A stretch of DNA of 64,000 nucleotides from the human T2T-CHM13v2.0 reference genome, Homo sapiens, in NCBI RefSeq assembly GCF_009914755.1, contig NC_060928.1. One strand, given 5' to 3'. Below are positions 19,769-51,287 of the stretch, piece after piece; position 1 is the first letter of the stretch, and each line of letters opens with the position of its first letter. The position numbers and the translations under genes are program-made. The notes beneath the pieces are model-generated. The model ran no database searches, was not told the DNA's origin, and worked only from the letters and a program-made list of their open reading frames with translations.

Positions 19769-20943
19769 CCCAACTTGTACCTTTTTTAAAGCTAGTTTCT
19801 TGAAAATTCCAAGCAAGTGTTAACTACATTTGATGATGAATCATAGAGGCATTTTCTGTTCTCAAGTTGGACCCCGAGACATGAAAGTTGCTAATGTCCA
19901 GAAAAAGCATACAGAATTAGAACATTGTTATGGGGTCTCTTTCCAGATCAAACTTTCATCAGCTGTCTCAGAAAGCAGAAGGGCTAACAATATAAACACA
20001 GCCATATTTTCTTTTAATAAAAATTGTTATTAAAGAGTGTGGACTTAAATTTAGACATAGTTTTCGTTTAGTCAAGCACATTTTATACCATGTTACTATA
20101 AATGTGTAGTCTGAAATTCCTATTTGGGTTGATGTATTCTACATTAATAACCAGGTCAATGTCATAACTGGAATGTGTTTTCTCTCTTGGCCTGTTTTGC
20201 AATAACAATGTCGGAGAGAACTGTAATAATGATTTGTGTTTTGGTCATTTCTATATCGAAGCACTCTTTTTAAGTAGGGCCTATTGAATACTACATGGCT
20301 TTTTGGAAGGTTAATTTTGTAGATTATATAGGGTTCATTTAAAAGTTAGAATCATTTAAATTATACATGCCGTAGCATTACCAAGGTATGCTTCAAAAAA
20401 TTTGAATAGATGTCCATGAAAAAAATTTTGTCAGCAAAGAAGTGTGTGCAACGACCACTAACAAAGAAAAAACCTCTAGTATTTATGCAAGGTTTTGTAA
20501 GCAGGCACTGTGTTATAGTTTCAGATATTTTTAAAATGTAGATAAAAAGTAAGCTGTTTGCCAAATTTATCTGACCAGACCTTTTTTTTTCCTCTAGGGA
20601 ACTTTGTTATCTATTATTTTGAGAAGCATACTTAGGGAAAAATTGTCCAAGAGGATATATAATTCTGATGCCTTTTTCTTTATTTTCCTTTATTTCATTA
20701 AAAACATTACTCTTGAATCTGATTAGGAAAGAATATTAGAATTCCTTATATACATTTGTTGATACCAAATACTGTTCCTCTTTCTTTTTATGTATTTACC
20801 TTTTATTATTAATATTACTGCTTTGTACTCTGCTTTTTGTCTGTTGTAGGTATAGTAAAGTTATGCTTATTATTTTTATACCTCAAGCAGAAGTGCCATA
20901 AACATTTTTTGTGTCAAAAGTTATTCACCATTAATTTGAAAAC

Positions 20944-21739
<796 letters not shown>

Positions 21740-22139
21740 TCATCTAAAACATAAGTGAATTGACTATTAGCATGAATTATTTGTCTTACAGTTAGGGAAA
21801 TTCTGTTTTAGGAAGGTACAACTATGTTTTAAATTTCAAGGTAAGATTATATCATAAAATTAAATCAATATTAGGTGCTTGACAAATATTTGTTGGATAA
21901 ATGATTGATTGATTAGAGTTAGCATTTTAATTGCCATTCCTGTTCTTTATTTTTTCCTGTCAGTTAAGTAGTTACTGAATACTTAAAAAAAAGAATTGTG
22001 AAAAAATACTGCAAGCTGTATTACACTAGTGTCCTTTAATTTTTTTGCTTTTATATTTTTATAAACGATTAAACGTAAATTAGTATTGTTTCATAAGCAA
22101 ATGTGTTTATGAAAATAAACATTTCTCTAAACAATATTT

Positions 22140-29281
<7,142 letters not shown>

Positions 29282-29394
29282 AAGTTTTTTTAAAGTGTTG
29301 TAAATTTTGAGCGTTAAGTAACCTTAGAGTTATTCTACTTTATCTTTCCATTTTGCAGATAATGAATTTTACTTTAAAAGATTATATTTAAGGG

Positions 29395-30800
29395 ACAGTC
29401 CATCCTCATTATTTGTCAATTTCTTACTTGCAAATTCACCTACTCACTAAAATATATTTGTATCGCACAAATCAGTACTTTGAGCACTTTATGGTTATTT
29501 GTAGATGGTACAGCAGTGAAAAATTTGATTCTCCCAACATACACATCTCCAATTGAGGTCAAAGAAGGTGATGCTTTGCCTTCTTGTTTCAGTTCTCATG
29601 CTGTAAGTGTGTCCTTTCATGGTCTGTTTAGTGTTATGCTTTTTGCATTTTTGTATTTTATCTTTTTCTTTTTTTTTTTTTTTTTTTTGAGACAGAGTCT
29701 GACTCTGTTGCCCAGGGTGGAGTGCAGTGGCGTGATCTCGGCTCACTGCAAGCTCTGCCTCCGCCTCCCGAGTTTAAGTGATTCTCCTGCCTCACCCTCC
29801 TGAGTAGCTGGGTTTACAGTCATGCTCCACCACACTCAGCTAGTTTTTGTATTTTTAGTAGAGACAGGGTTTCACCATGTTGGCCAGGCTGGTCTCGAAC
29901 TCCTGACCTCAAGTGATCCACCTCAGCTTCCCAAAGTGCTGGGATTACAGGCGTGAGCCACCACACCCAGCCTCATCTTTGTATTGTTTTGTTTGGGATT
30001 TCCCTATTAAAAATAGACCCCGTGTAGTGTTGTCTGGTGTTCCTAAGCACAAGAAGGCTGTGATGTTCCTTACAGAGGTGATATGTATATTATGTAAGCA
30101 TCACTGAGGCATGTGTTATAGTGCTGTTGGCCATGAGATCAATATTAATGGTCAAGGATGTATATTAAATAAGATGTCTTTGGCCACATGCAGTAGCTCA
30201 CACATGTAATCCTAGCACTTTGGAAGACAGAGGCAGGAGGACCACTTGAGCTCATTAGTTCAAGATCAGCCTGGGCAACATAGTGACACCTCATCTCTAA
30301 AAAAATTTTAAAAAGGTGTCTTTAAACAGAAATACACATAAAAGGTTTTATATTGATCAGTTGATGAAAATGTGATCAGAGGCTTGCGGGAAACTAACCC
30401 TGTATTTTCTCTAGGACCAGTGGGTTTTGTTTTTAGAGATGGAGTCTCACTCTGTTACCCAGTCTGGAGTTCAGTGGCACGACTGTGGCTCACTGCAGTC
30501 TCAAACTACTGGGCTCAAGTGATCCTCCTGCCTCAGCCTCCTGAGTAGCTAGGACTACAGGCACTCGCCAACATGCCTGGTTAATTTTTAAATTTCTTAT
30601 AAAGACAGGATCTAGCTGTGTTGCCCAGGCTGATCACAAATTCCTGGCTTCAAGCAGTCCTCCTTTTCGGCCTCCCAGAACTCTGAGATTACAGACATGA
30701 GCTACTGCGCCTGGCCTAGGAGCAGTGGTTTAGTATTCACTAATTCAGTTTTCATGGTAACTTTATAAAACATAGCTACTGTAAATAGCAACAAACAGTT
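29395..30800. mobile_element. TcMar-Tigger DNA transposon (MER6-like) interrupted by three Alus (29662-29972, 30182-30303, 30425-30716)
   Basis: cagtccatcctcattatt...cacctactcactaaaat...gccttcttgtttcag resembles the MER6 family. Confidence 0.65.
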
Positions 30801-31134
30801 ATATTCATAAACCAGGTGAATAGTCAATCAGGTGGTATTTTAGAGTAGGTAATAAAAGCAAGATCTAATATGGAAATTTCTTTAATTTTTTTCTCTTTAT
30901 TTATTGAAGCAATAATGGAAATATGCTTGCTGTAAATAATCCAAATCAGTATGTAGTCTAAAATTGCCTCTTTCTTCCTTCACAGTCTTACTTCGCATCA
31001 CTCGAAGTAATCTCTAGTAAAGTTTGGTGTACATCCTTCTACAGTGTTGTCTTTTGTATTTACCAATATATATATTTACACAAATGAGTTTCTTTATAAA
31101 AATCTGTAACTGTGATAGTTCTTGGTAGCTCAGT

Positions 31135-32555
<1,421 letters not shown>

Positions 32556-33058
32556 GTATTTTAAAATTTTTAACAGTGGGTTTTGGAGATTTGTTTCAAA
32601 CAAATAGGCTGAGGCATTTGTTTCTTGTTAACACTTTTCTATTCTGTAATCTTACCTATCTTCACTGTATTTACATATGTGTTATTCAGATGGTGAAATT
32701 TTGGAAAAGTTACTTGTTTCAAGTACAGAATGGTTGAAATGTGTGCCTTGGTAGTATGCTGAGATAAGAAATACTTTGTTAAAAGGCCTAGGGGCAAACA
32801 TTTCTGACTTTCTCATGAAAATAGAGTGGATCAATTTCTTCTGTGTTGTAACTCCCTCTTTTGATCACTAATTGATAAGGTGCTAGATTACATTAAAATC
32901 TGATATCTAAATGTTTTACATCCTTCCCAACTTTCCTATCATGTAGATGAGAGTGTTGAGAACTAAGATAAGAGTTTGTGACTTCAGATGACCAGTGAGT
33001 TTATGAATTTTGCTTAAAACTACTAATCGTCTTCTTTGGTCGGTTTCCAAGAGAATGA

Positions 33059-36058
<3,000 letters not shown>

Positions 36059-36074
36059 ACAGTTTATTAGTTTG

Positions 36075-36545
36075 GGCATTGTTTCAGCCGCTGTAACACA
36101 GGCCAGGAAACAGAAGTCTAACCAAGATAAAAATTTATGTCTTTGTCTGATAAAAGTCCAAGCTAGTAGATAATCCCTACGGTATGTAGTTCTGTTCCTT
36201 AGGTGGTCCAGGGGACCAGGTCCTGCTTTTTATCTTATTCTGCCATCTTCCTGTCCCCTCCCTCTTGCTGTAGTTTGAATTGTTAAAGGCACCTAATAAC
36301 CACCAGCCTAAGTTCTAGGCCAAGGGAAGGAGAAAGAGCAATGAAGAACAAGTAGCTTCCTTTAGGGACGTGAACTTAAAGATACTCACAACTCATTGGC
36401 CAGAATGTATTATAGTTTCTGTCCATGCCTAGCTGCAAGGAAAGCCTGAAAATAGGATATAGGTGGACAGTCATGTGCCCAGCTAAAGCACAGAGACGTC
36501 TAGTAACTGAAAGGAAGAAGGATAGAATGGACAATGTGGCACAAT
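36075..36545. mobile_element. Old MaLR/ERVL LTR relic (MLT1L/LTR33-like)
   Basis: ctcattggccagaa...cctagctgcaaggaaagcctgaaaata motif typical of these LTRs. Confidence 0.45.
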
Positions 36546-37409
36546 TATACTGCACTGAGTTGGTTTTTCAAGTAGGAAATAAATGGAATAATAGTTTTGA
36601 GATCTACAATTTCTGAGTAGAAACTAAGCGTACTTTTGTACAGAATTTTTGTTTGGTAAATATCAACAGAAAAATATAGACTTGTGTATAGACTAAAACA
36701 TGACTAGGTCTTTGTAGGGTTTGGAACATAAGTAATATGTTTTCCTTTCATTTGGCTTCAGTTGTCTGTAAATAGCAAACATAATGCTTTCTTATAGAGA
36801 GATCACTTTTTCAGAAACTTCAACTATCTGGAATATTGTTAGGAGGTAATAAGGCCTCAAGGTAGCAAAAGTATAAGTTGCATAGTCCGTGTTCTCAATC
36901 TTGATTTCAAGCTTGAGTAATTTTGGGGTATAGACATATTACTATTCAACTTAATTATTTAGTACCTCGCTCAGTAGCAAATTTAAATCTGCAATATTTG
37001 AATGGTCCATTAAAGGTATATATGATGGAAATGATAGCCAAAAGCCTGATAGGATAGAAGAATAATACAAGGAAGAAAAATACAAAGAAGTCATAAGCTT
37101 GGTAATAATAAAATTTGCTAACATTTATTGAAGATTCATAGGTGCCAGGTATTATATAAAGCTTTTATATGTATTATTTCATTTAATATCTAAGACATCC
37201 TCTATATCATATAGGGGAGGATTTAGGTTTATATGCTAAGAAAGCTCATAATTACATTCTTCTTTGTTTATGAAGATAGAGAAGCATGTAACTAATTTTA
37301 GATCACCATCAGAAATCATTAAAATGAAAAGGCCATTTTGGTGCTTGACAGAGGTATCTGAAAGAGCTCAGTCTAATGGTGCTAGGTAAATAAGTTGTTC
37401 TTTTTAAAA

Positions 37410-38619
37410 TTATTATTATATTTTGAGGCAGGGTCTTGCTCTGTCATCCAGGCTGAAGTACAGTGACGCATCCACAGCCACACTCACTGTAGCCTCGGAC
37501 TGCTCAAGCAGTCCTCCTACCTCAGCCTCTGGAGTAGCTAGGACTACAAACATACCACCACGCCCACTTAATTTTTTTATTTTCTGTAGAGATGGGATCT
37601 CACTATGTTGCCCAGGCTGGGCTTGAGTTCCTAGCCTCAAGCATTCCTCCCACTTCAGTATCCCAAAGTGTTAGGATTACAAGTGTGAGCTGCCATTCTC
37701 AGCCATAAGTTGTTCTTATATTCACCTTTGACTTTTTTTTTTTTTTTTTTTTTTTTTGAGATGGAGTCTCGCTCTGTGGCCCAGGCTGGAGTGCAGTGGC
37801 GCAATCTTGGCTCACTGCAAGCTCCGCCTCCTGGGTTCATGCCATTCTCCTGCCTCAGCGTCCTGAGTAGCTGGGACTACAGATGTCCACCACCATACCC
37901 AGCTAATTTTTTGTATTTTTTTTTTTAGTAGAGATGGGGTTTCACTGTGTTAACCAAGATGGTCTCGATCTCCTGACCTCCTGATCCGCCCACCTCGGCC
38001 TCCCAGAGTGCTGAGCCACCTCACCTGGCCTTTTTTTTTTTTTTTTTTTTTTTTTGAGACAGAGTTTCACTCTTGTTGCCCAGGCTAGAGTGCAATGGTG
38101 CGATCTCGGCTCACCGCAACCTCCGCCTCCTGGGTTCAAGCAGTTCTCCTGCCTCAGCCTCCTGAGCAGCTGGAATTACAGGCATGTATCACCACGCCCA
38201 GCTAATTTTGTATTTTCAGTAGAGACGGGGTTTCTCTGTGTTGAGGCTGGTCTCGAACTCCTGACCTCAGGTGATCCGCCCCCTTCAGCCTCCCAAAGTG
38301 CTGGGATTACAGGCGTGAGCCATCGTGCCCAGCTGGTATTTCTTTTTTTTTTTTTTTTTTACAGGCTGGAGTGCAGTGGTGTCACTTTGGCTCACTGCAA
38401 CCTCCACCTCCCAGGCTCAAGCAATTCTTGTGCCTCGGCCTTCTGAACAGCTGAGACTACAGGCGTGCATGACCATGCCTGGCTAATTTGTTGTAGTTTA
38501 GTAGGGACGGGGTTTTGCCACATTGCCTACACTGGTCTTGAACTCCTGAGCTCAGGCAATCCACCCCTCTCAGCCTCCCAAAGTGCTGGGATTACAGGCA
38601 TGAGCCACCGCGCCTGGCC
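37410..38619 (-). mobile_element. Four tandem antisense Alus
   Basis: Contiguous Alu consensus with poly-T heads at about 37410, 37733, 38031 and 38340. Confidence 0.9.
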
Positions 38620-39528
38620 ATCCTCCAGTATTTCTAAAGCTAAGTTTCTCTACCAACATTGAACAGCTTTTATATTTCTGCGTTTAGCAAGTAATGATTG
38701 AAGAGCATCCAGACATGGAAATTTATATTTTGAGACAAGTAGCTCTATACACCAACCAAAGGTAAGGTTGAGGCTAGATTCAAGCCCTGCATGGTACTGG
38801 GACTAAGTACCTCAAGGTAGATAAGAATCCCAGATCTAGAACCAGTACTTGAGGTCTAAGACTAAGAAGAAGCAGAAAACGCCTGGAAAAAAAATTTACC
38901 ATTCATAGTATCAACTATAAGCTACCTTAAAAAAATGAGCAAAAGATGTACAAGTCCTAAGTAAAGGCAATTGCAGTCTTGCTTTGGAAAACTATTTTGA
39001 CTCAATAAATTCTTTAAGCTGAGAGTAATGAGGTTCATGTTTTTAAGAGATAACTAAGTAGTTTTTCTAAGTAGTAAAAAAAAATATATATATACATATA
39101 TGTGTATATATATGTATATATTAGGAAAAGTGTCAACCAGTTATATAATAAAGAGAAAATTATATCATTTCCATGAATGATTTTTAAATGTGAACAGTTA
39201 GAATGAATAAAGAAAGAATGTAAAGCTAGGCTTGGTTATCCTGCTATATCTGCTATATGAAGAAATGCAAATCAGCAATTGTAAAGACTCCTAGAAATCA
39301 TGCAATGCACAAACCGAGTTAATTTCGTATAACCTTGTGTTTCCCACTTGTTCTGTGATCGTAGGGAATCTATTAATATCTTCTGGGACACTAGAAGTCT
39401 GCAAAACATAATTTGGGAAATGCTATATGTATTTGAACACCATTAATTCAGATACGTAGGGTGCAAACATTTGCATTGCCAAAATCTTAATGTACAGAAT
39501 CTTTAAAGAATATAATAAACTTATACTT

Positions 39529-41970
<2,442 letters not shown>

Positions 41971-42499
41971 TTTTTTTTTTGGTTTCTATAAATTATTTTA
42001 TAATGAAGCGTTTCATCCTTGTATATTTTGAGGCACACTTAAAAGTTTTGATATAAAGTTTTGACTTCTTCTTGTTCAGATATATGATGAAAATGTTAGG
42101 AAAAAGATGATGTAAACAATTACTATTTTAAAAATTTTAAATAACTTTCTGTCTTCTATCATAACCATATTGGATTATGCTCCCCTCCTGGTTCAAACAG
42201 TCATAATAGGCCTAATTAGAAAGCTCTGATTTTACCAATTATTTCTTTTAATTCCTCAATTTATATGATTTATTTTGACTTCTCTTTCAGCCCCTCCCAC
42301 TTTTTAAGTCTCTGCAAAACTATTTGATCTCTGTAATGAGATTATAATACTACCTAAATGCATAGTTAGATTTCTGAAAGACCATTTCTGTTACATCCCA
42401 TGTGCTGATTTTTTTTTTAATTACATGGCATAAATTTAGGGGACAAAAATTTCACGGTTTTTTTTATTCTTTTAATGCCATTTTATTTTTTCATGACAG

Positions 42500-42586
42500 A
42501 TTCAAAAGCTTTGTGACAGAGTAGCTTCATCTACTTTATTGGATGATCGAAGAAATGCTGTTCGTGCTCTCAAATCATTATCTAAG
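42500..42586 (+). CDS. USO1: USO1 coding exon 2 (IQKLCDRVASSTLLDDRRNAVRALKSLSK), 87 nt
   Basis: Acceptor ttttttcatgacag|ATT, donor AAG|gtttgt. Continues the frame from exon 1; armadillo-like head sequence of p115. Confidence 0.97.
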
Positions 42587-42666
42587 GTTTGTAACTTTGT
42601 AAATGTTTTAAGTTTCTTAAGTTGGATATTAGTTACTTTAGTAACATTTTTATTTTTTATGTGCAG

Positions 42667-42731
42667 AAATACCGCTTGGAAGTGGGTATACAAGCTATGG
42701 AACATCTTATTCATGTTTTACAAACAGATCG
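42667..42731 (+). CDS. USO1: USO1 coding exon 3 ([22 protein letters not shown]), 65 nt
   Basis: Acceptor tgtgcag|AAA after an 80-nt intron, donor TCG|gtaagt, phase 2. Confidence 0.97.
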
Positions 42732-42814
42732 GTAAGTCTCTGTTTAATGATTTTTTTCCCTAATTTTTCTTGAACTTTTGTTTTAGAGTCAGCATCACTA
42801 TTCCAAAAGATTGC

Positions 42815-44511
<1,697 letters not shown>

Positions 44512-44944
44512 CTCAATTTCTTTTTAAGAGATTTTATCTCCATCTTTGGTTTTCATTAACTGTGCATGGATAGCTTCCAGATCTTAGCTACAGTTGAATG
44601 TGTCTTACAAGCTTTAGCTGTGCATTGTACATTTCTACTCTACCAAGATCTCTCATAAGCCTCTCAAATTCAAAATGTTCAAAGTTAATTTATCTCTGGT
44701 CCTCCAATCCTTCTAGGCTTTCCATGCCCCCTTCGACCACTTTTACCCTAAGTTCATCTCAGTCATGAGCATCTTTCCATTCAAGCGAGAAACTGGAGGA
44801 TTCTTAGGGAACTCATTCCTCTCCTGAACCCATCATGCCTACACAGGCCAAAAAACAGCTAGAGTCCATTATTTTCTTTCCGTTTCCTTTTTTGGCCTTA
44901 GTTCTGGCTCAGTGTCAATCACTTAAATAATTTCCACAGCCTCT

Positions 44945-45452
44945 GTGTTTGTTATCTTTGGCCGTGTAACAAATTACTTCAAAACTTAGTGGTTCAAAAT
45001 AAAATATTTATCACCTCATAGTTTCTGTGGATCAGGAATTGAGGATCAACTTAGCTAAGTGGGCTCAGGGTCTCTCATGAGGTTGCCATGAAGCCATCAG
45101 CCAGGTCTGCAGTCATCTGAAGGCTTGACTGGGGCTGGAGGATCTGATTCCAAGATGTCTTACATTGCTATTGGCAAGAGGCCTCAGTTCCTCAACATGT
45201 TTCTCTCTTGGTAAGGCTGTTTGATATGGCAACTGCTCTCCCAGAGCAAACTATCCTAGAGAGAGAAAAATAGAAAGCCACAGTGCCTTTTATAACTCAA
45301 TCTCCAGAGTCATGTACTGGCAATCCCATCATATTCTAGTTGTTAGAAGCAGGTTAATAAGTACAGCCTATACTTAAGGAGAGGAGAATTAGGCTTCACT
45401 TTTTTGAAAAGAGATGAATCGAAAAGTTTTGGACATAGTTTAAAACAATCAT
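44945..45452 (-). mobile_element. MaLR MLT1-type solo LTR inserted in L2 remnants
   Basis: gtaacaaattacttcaaaacttagtgg...ggctcagggtctctcatgaggttgc...gaaggcttgactggggctggaggatct. Confidence 0.75.
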
Positions 45453-45848
45453 CATCTCCAAAGTATTATTTTCCTCCAGTCTCTTTGTATTTCCATTCAG
45501 TCTATATGTTGCAAGAATTATCCTTCTGAAATGCGTATCTTCAGTCATTCTCTCATTTAATGCATTTCACCAGTTCAGTGAAGTGTGAAGTTCATGTTTC
45601 TCAAACAAAGCTAAAGATACAAGCTTTTTAAAGATCTGTGTACTGCCTGTCTAATCTCGTAGACTCGTTTTCAGTTATATTTCAGTTATGCCCAGCTGCT
45701 TGTCCATAACAGTTAGGACCTTTTTTCTTCTCCCCAGACAGTGTAACTCAAATTGACTACCTTTTCAAAGCCACTAAGTCTAATGCATTTGAATAAGCGA
45801 ATTGGATGCATCAGGACTGTCTGTGTTATTAACATCACAGTAGGTAAC

Positions 45849-46460
<612 letters not shown>

Positions 46461-46654
46461 GCAGATTAGTGTGATGATTATACATACTTATAATCTTCTT
46501 TATTCTATGAGTGTTAAATCACACGCATATTTTATTACTGAGTCTTATAAAGTTAATGATGAAATGATTAACATCTCAATATGGAAAATAGAATGCATCT
46601 CTTATGTAAAGTGGTCTTTATTGTCTTTCATAATAATTTTTTTTTTTTTTTTGA

Positions 46655-46759
<105 letters not shown>

Positions 46760-47625
46760 TGAGCAGCTGGGGTTACAGGCATGCACCACCACGCCCGGCT
46801 AATTTTGTATTTTTAATAGAGACGGGGTTTCTCCGTCTCTACTTTTGGTCAGGCTGGTCTCGAACTCCCAACTTCAGGTGATCCACCTGCCTCAGCCTCC
46901 CAAAGTGCTGGGATTACAGGCGTGAGCAACCGCACCGGGCACCATAAGATTTTTTTTTAAGAAAATAATATATAAAGAAGAAAAACACTCTAGTAGTTGA
47001 ACTAGAGATAACAGTTACTTTTCTTTATATTTTTAAGTCTACTTCGTTCCTCTAGATATGAACAGTTAGATTTTTATATATGTATACATATATATACATA
47101 TGTAAACATACACAGACACACATAAAATTAACTGAGTCATGCTAGTTTTGCTGGTTTTAAAGTTGTACTTATTTTGTAAATTTATAATGTTTTAAAATAT
47201 GCATAGATACAAACGTATACATATATATTTTACTAAATGGAATAACTGTGCATAAATTTTTATATTTTTCCACTTGCTATTATATCAAGAATTTTTAAAA
47301 TTATCATGTCACTAAATATTCTTCGGAAATACATTTTTTAGCTTCTCAGGATTCAAAGTAAAAAAACAAAATACATTTTTTAAATTGCCGCCTTATATGT
47401 ATGAATTTGCCATACTGTGTTTTTTTATTATTGAGCATTTAGGTTGCTTCTAAATTTTCACAATTAGAAATAAAACTACACATTTTTTACAGTTTGCACT
47501 CTGATATTTTCTTAGAGTATGCCTTTAGAAATGGAATTTTCTAAAATTGCTAAATAACTAAAAATGGTCATAACAGTTTATACTCTCATCAGCAGTGTAT
47601 AAGTGTAATAATTTCTTTTTTCCAG

Positions 47626-47702
47626 TTCAGATTCTGAAATAATAGGTTATGCTTTGGACACACTATATAATATAATATCTAATGAAGAAGAAGAAGAAGT
47701 AG
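47626..47702 (+). CDS. USO1: USO1 coding exon 4 (R-SDSEIIGYALDTLYNIISNEEEEEV), 77 nt
   Basis: Acceptor ttcttttttccag|TTC, donor TAG|gtaagt. Phase 2 in, phase 1 out; frame is consistent. Confidence 0.97.
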
Positions 47703-49616
47703 GTAAGTTTCCAGTTATTTTTACTGTGTTTTCTGTACTTAAAACCAACTGGGTTGTGCTAATTTTGCTGGTTTTAAAGTTGGACTTGTTTTATAAATGT
47801 ATAAGTTTTTTTACTTTTTTCATTAAAAAATTTAATAAACACATAGGCTTAGATCTAGAAAAGTGTCTTTAGGATGATTGCTTTGTGTGTAAGTCAGAAC
47901 ATTATAGTGAGATGGAATAAGATCCTTCTTTTTAACTAATATTTTTGCCCGCTTGTGTTTGGTTTTAGTTAGGCAGTATGCATATTAGCCAGTTCTGGAT
48001 TAAATAATTATTTATGGCTATTGATTGAAAATTTATATTATTATCTAGTGAGCAATATAAAATTAGAGAGTTTTTCCTAATAAATACTTAAACTTTTTAC
48101 ATAGGACTTATGTTAATTTATAAAGTGCAACAATTTTTTAAATTTAGATTTTTTTTCTTTACATTTTGTCTGTTTGGTGAACATTGCTATAAATCGGTTT
48201 GAAATCCACACATTTCTTTGGCACATTCATTTTCTTTTTTGTTTTAAAATATTTGCACACTTAACATAAAGTTATCTGTCTTATTTATTGTCACTGTGTG
48301 AAGCTTGATTGGAAGTCTGTATACATTTTGTCCTGTATACATTTTGTTCTATATGTTGCAAAACATTCGCAGTAACATTTCACAATTCTGTTGAAGAGTG
48401 TATTTGTCATATCAAATTGGCTGTTACAGTAGGACGTAGTAGATTTTTCATTATTCTGTAAAGTCAGAACAGTGGATATATTCATACATTTTATAAATCT
48501 AATTTAGACTGAAGTTATATGATCTCTCAAAATTCTGAGTAGACAAATAATAAAGAAGTATAGATACATACTGACCTTGCTCATATTTTATTAAAATTAA
48601 AAGTAGAGCAGGAATATATGTCAATATTAACTTCACAGAATACTAGTATTGAGAACATCTGAAACTGGATCATGTTGCATAGTCACAATTTCTTAGACAT
48701 AAATATCCTTTTTAAAAAACTTTTATTTTGGCTGGGTGTTATGGCTCATGTCTGCAATCCCAGCACTTTGGGAGGCTGGGGTGGAAGGATTGCTTGAACC
48801 TAGGAGTTCAAGAGCAGCCTGGGCAACATAAGTGAGACCCCATCTCATTTAAAAAAAATTTTTTAAACAAATTTCTCCATGATATCTATCCTATAGCTTA
48901 ACTTTATTAATTTCTTAAGGGTGAAAAATATTTAGTAAATGTAATTTGGTACCCATGGAAAAAGAGGTTGTCAGTCACGTGACAATACATAGATACAATA
49001 CACACAAGAATATACTTTGAAGAAAAAGATACTTATTTTCCCTAGTTATTTCTACAATGAGAAAATTAGATGCAACGCAGTTGTTCAAATACATTTTTAA
49101 AAATGACATTCTTTTCTTTCCTTTTATCCCCCTTAGTTGTTTCAGATTAAAAATTTAGCTCTTTTTCCAGTTAATTTGCTGGGATAATTTTTTCTGTTCT
49201 TAAAAAAAATGTGTAGCAACAATATTTTTTAGTTAGGAGGTTTTTTTTTAATAAATTTATAATCATGTTTAGAGCCCACCTGTTGCATTTTTCTTTGTGT
49301 TTTTAGGCTCTTTAATTTAGCATCCAAAAATGATCCTTTGGATAAACAGTAATAGAATCACTTTTATTAAGGACCTTTTTTTTTTTTTTTTTTCTGAAAA
49401 TTTAGTCATCCTGAAAGAGTCAGTTAAAAAGTAGACATTGGGCTGGGCGCGGTGGCTCGCGCCTGTAATCCCAGCACTTTGGGAGGCCGAGGCGGGTGGA
49501 TCACTTGAGGTCAGGAGTTCGAGACCAGCCTGGCCAACATGGTGAAACCTTGTCTTTACTAAAAATACAAAAATTAGCTGGGCGTGGTCGCACACACCTG
49601 TAATCCCAACTACTCA

Positions 49617-50427
<811 letters not shown>

Positions 50428-50722
50428 TCATGAAATGTAATTCTTAGCTGACACAATGAACTACATTTTAGAGTTCTTTAGGACTGTTTTACAACCCTCT
50501 AATGATAAATCTGTCTCGTAGTCCTAAAAATATAGCGTATGCTAAATCTCTTTTAGTATATCTGAGGTATTTGACCAAAGTACATATGGATCTCTTCTTC
50601 CAAAGGATTATGTAGCTTATTAAACATTTTTAAGCTCCTATTTTACGTGTATACTACTACATTAAAAAACTATTGTCTTTATCATCCACTTTTTATTTAT
50701 TTATTTTTATCTACCTTTTCAG

Positions 50723-50734
50723 ATGATGTTGAAG
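50723..50734 (+). CDS. USO1: USO1 alternative 12-nt microexon (adds D-D-V-E)
   Basis: ctaccttttcag|ATGATGTTGAAG|gtaaaa. Symmetric phase 1-1, 86-nt AG-free zone upstream, TGCATG 22 nt downstream. I recall a longer p115 isoform with this insert. Confidence 0.85.
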
Positions 50735-51074
50735 GTAAAAGATTGCATTTACATCTGCATGATGCTTTTAGGCATAGTTTCTGATAATATAAAAGGACAC
50801 TGTCAAGTACTGTTTCTTCTGGCTGGTAAAAAAAAAATCTGAAATTTGTTTTACTATATAAGAATTCTTTAATTGAAGAGGAATATTTTAATAAACTTAC
50901 ATTACTATTATTTCTGCAGCTACTAAATCTGTTTACTGTCCAGAACACATAAAATATTCTAGTGCACCTTTAAATAAAATTAAAGGTTTTTCTGGCCAGG
51001 CGTGGTGGCTCACACTTGTAATCCCAGCACTTTGGGAGGCCAAGGCGGGCAGATCACTTGAGGTCGGGAGTTCA

Positions 51075-51287
<213 letters not shown>

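Noticed and set aside
47626-47630. Alternative acceptor ttcag 5 nt into exon 4
   Set aside because: It would shift the frame; the upstream ccag has the pyrimidine tract and gives the correct protein.
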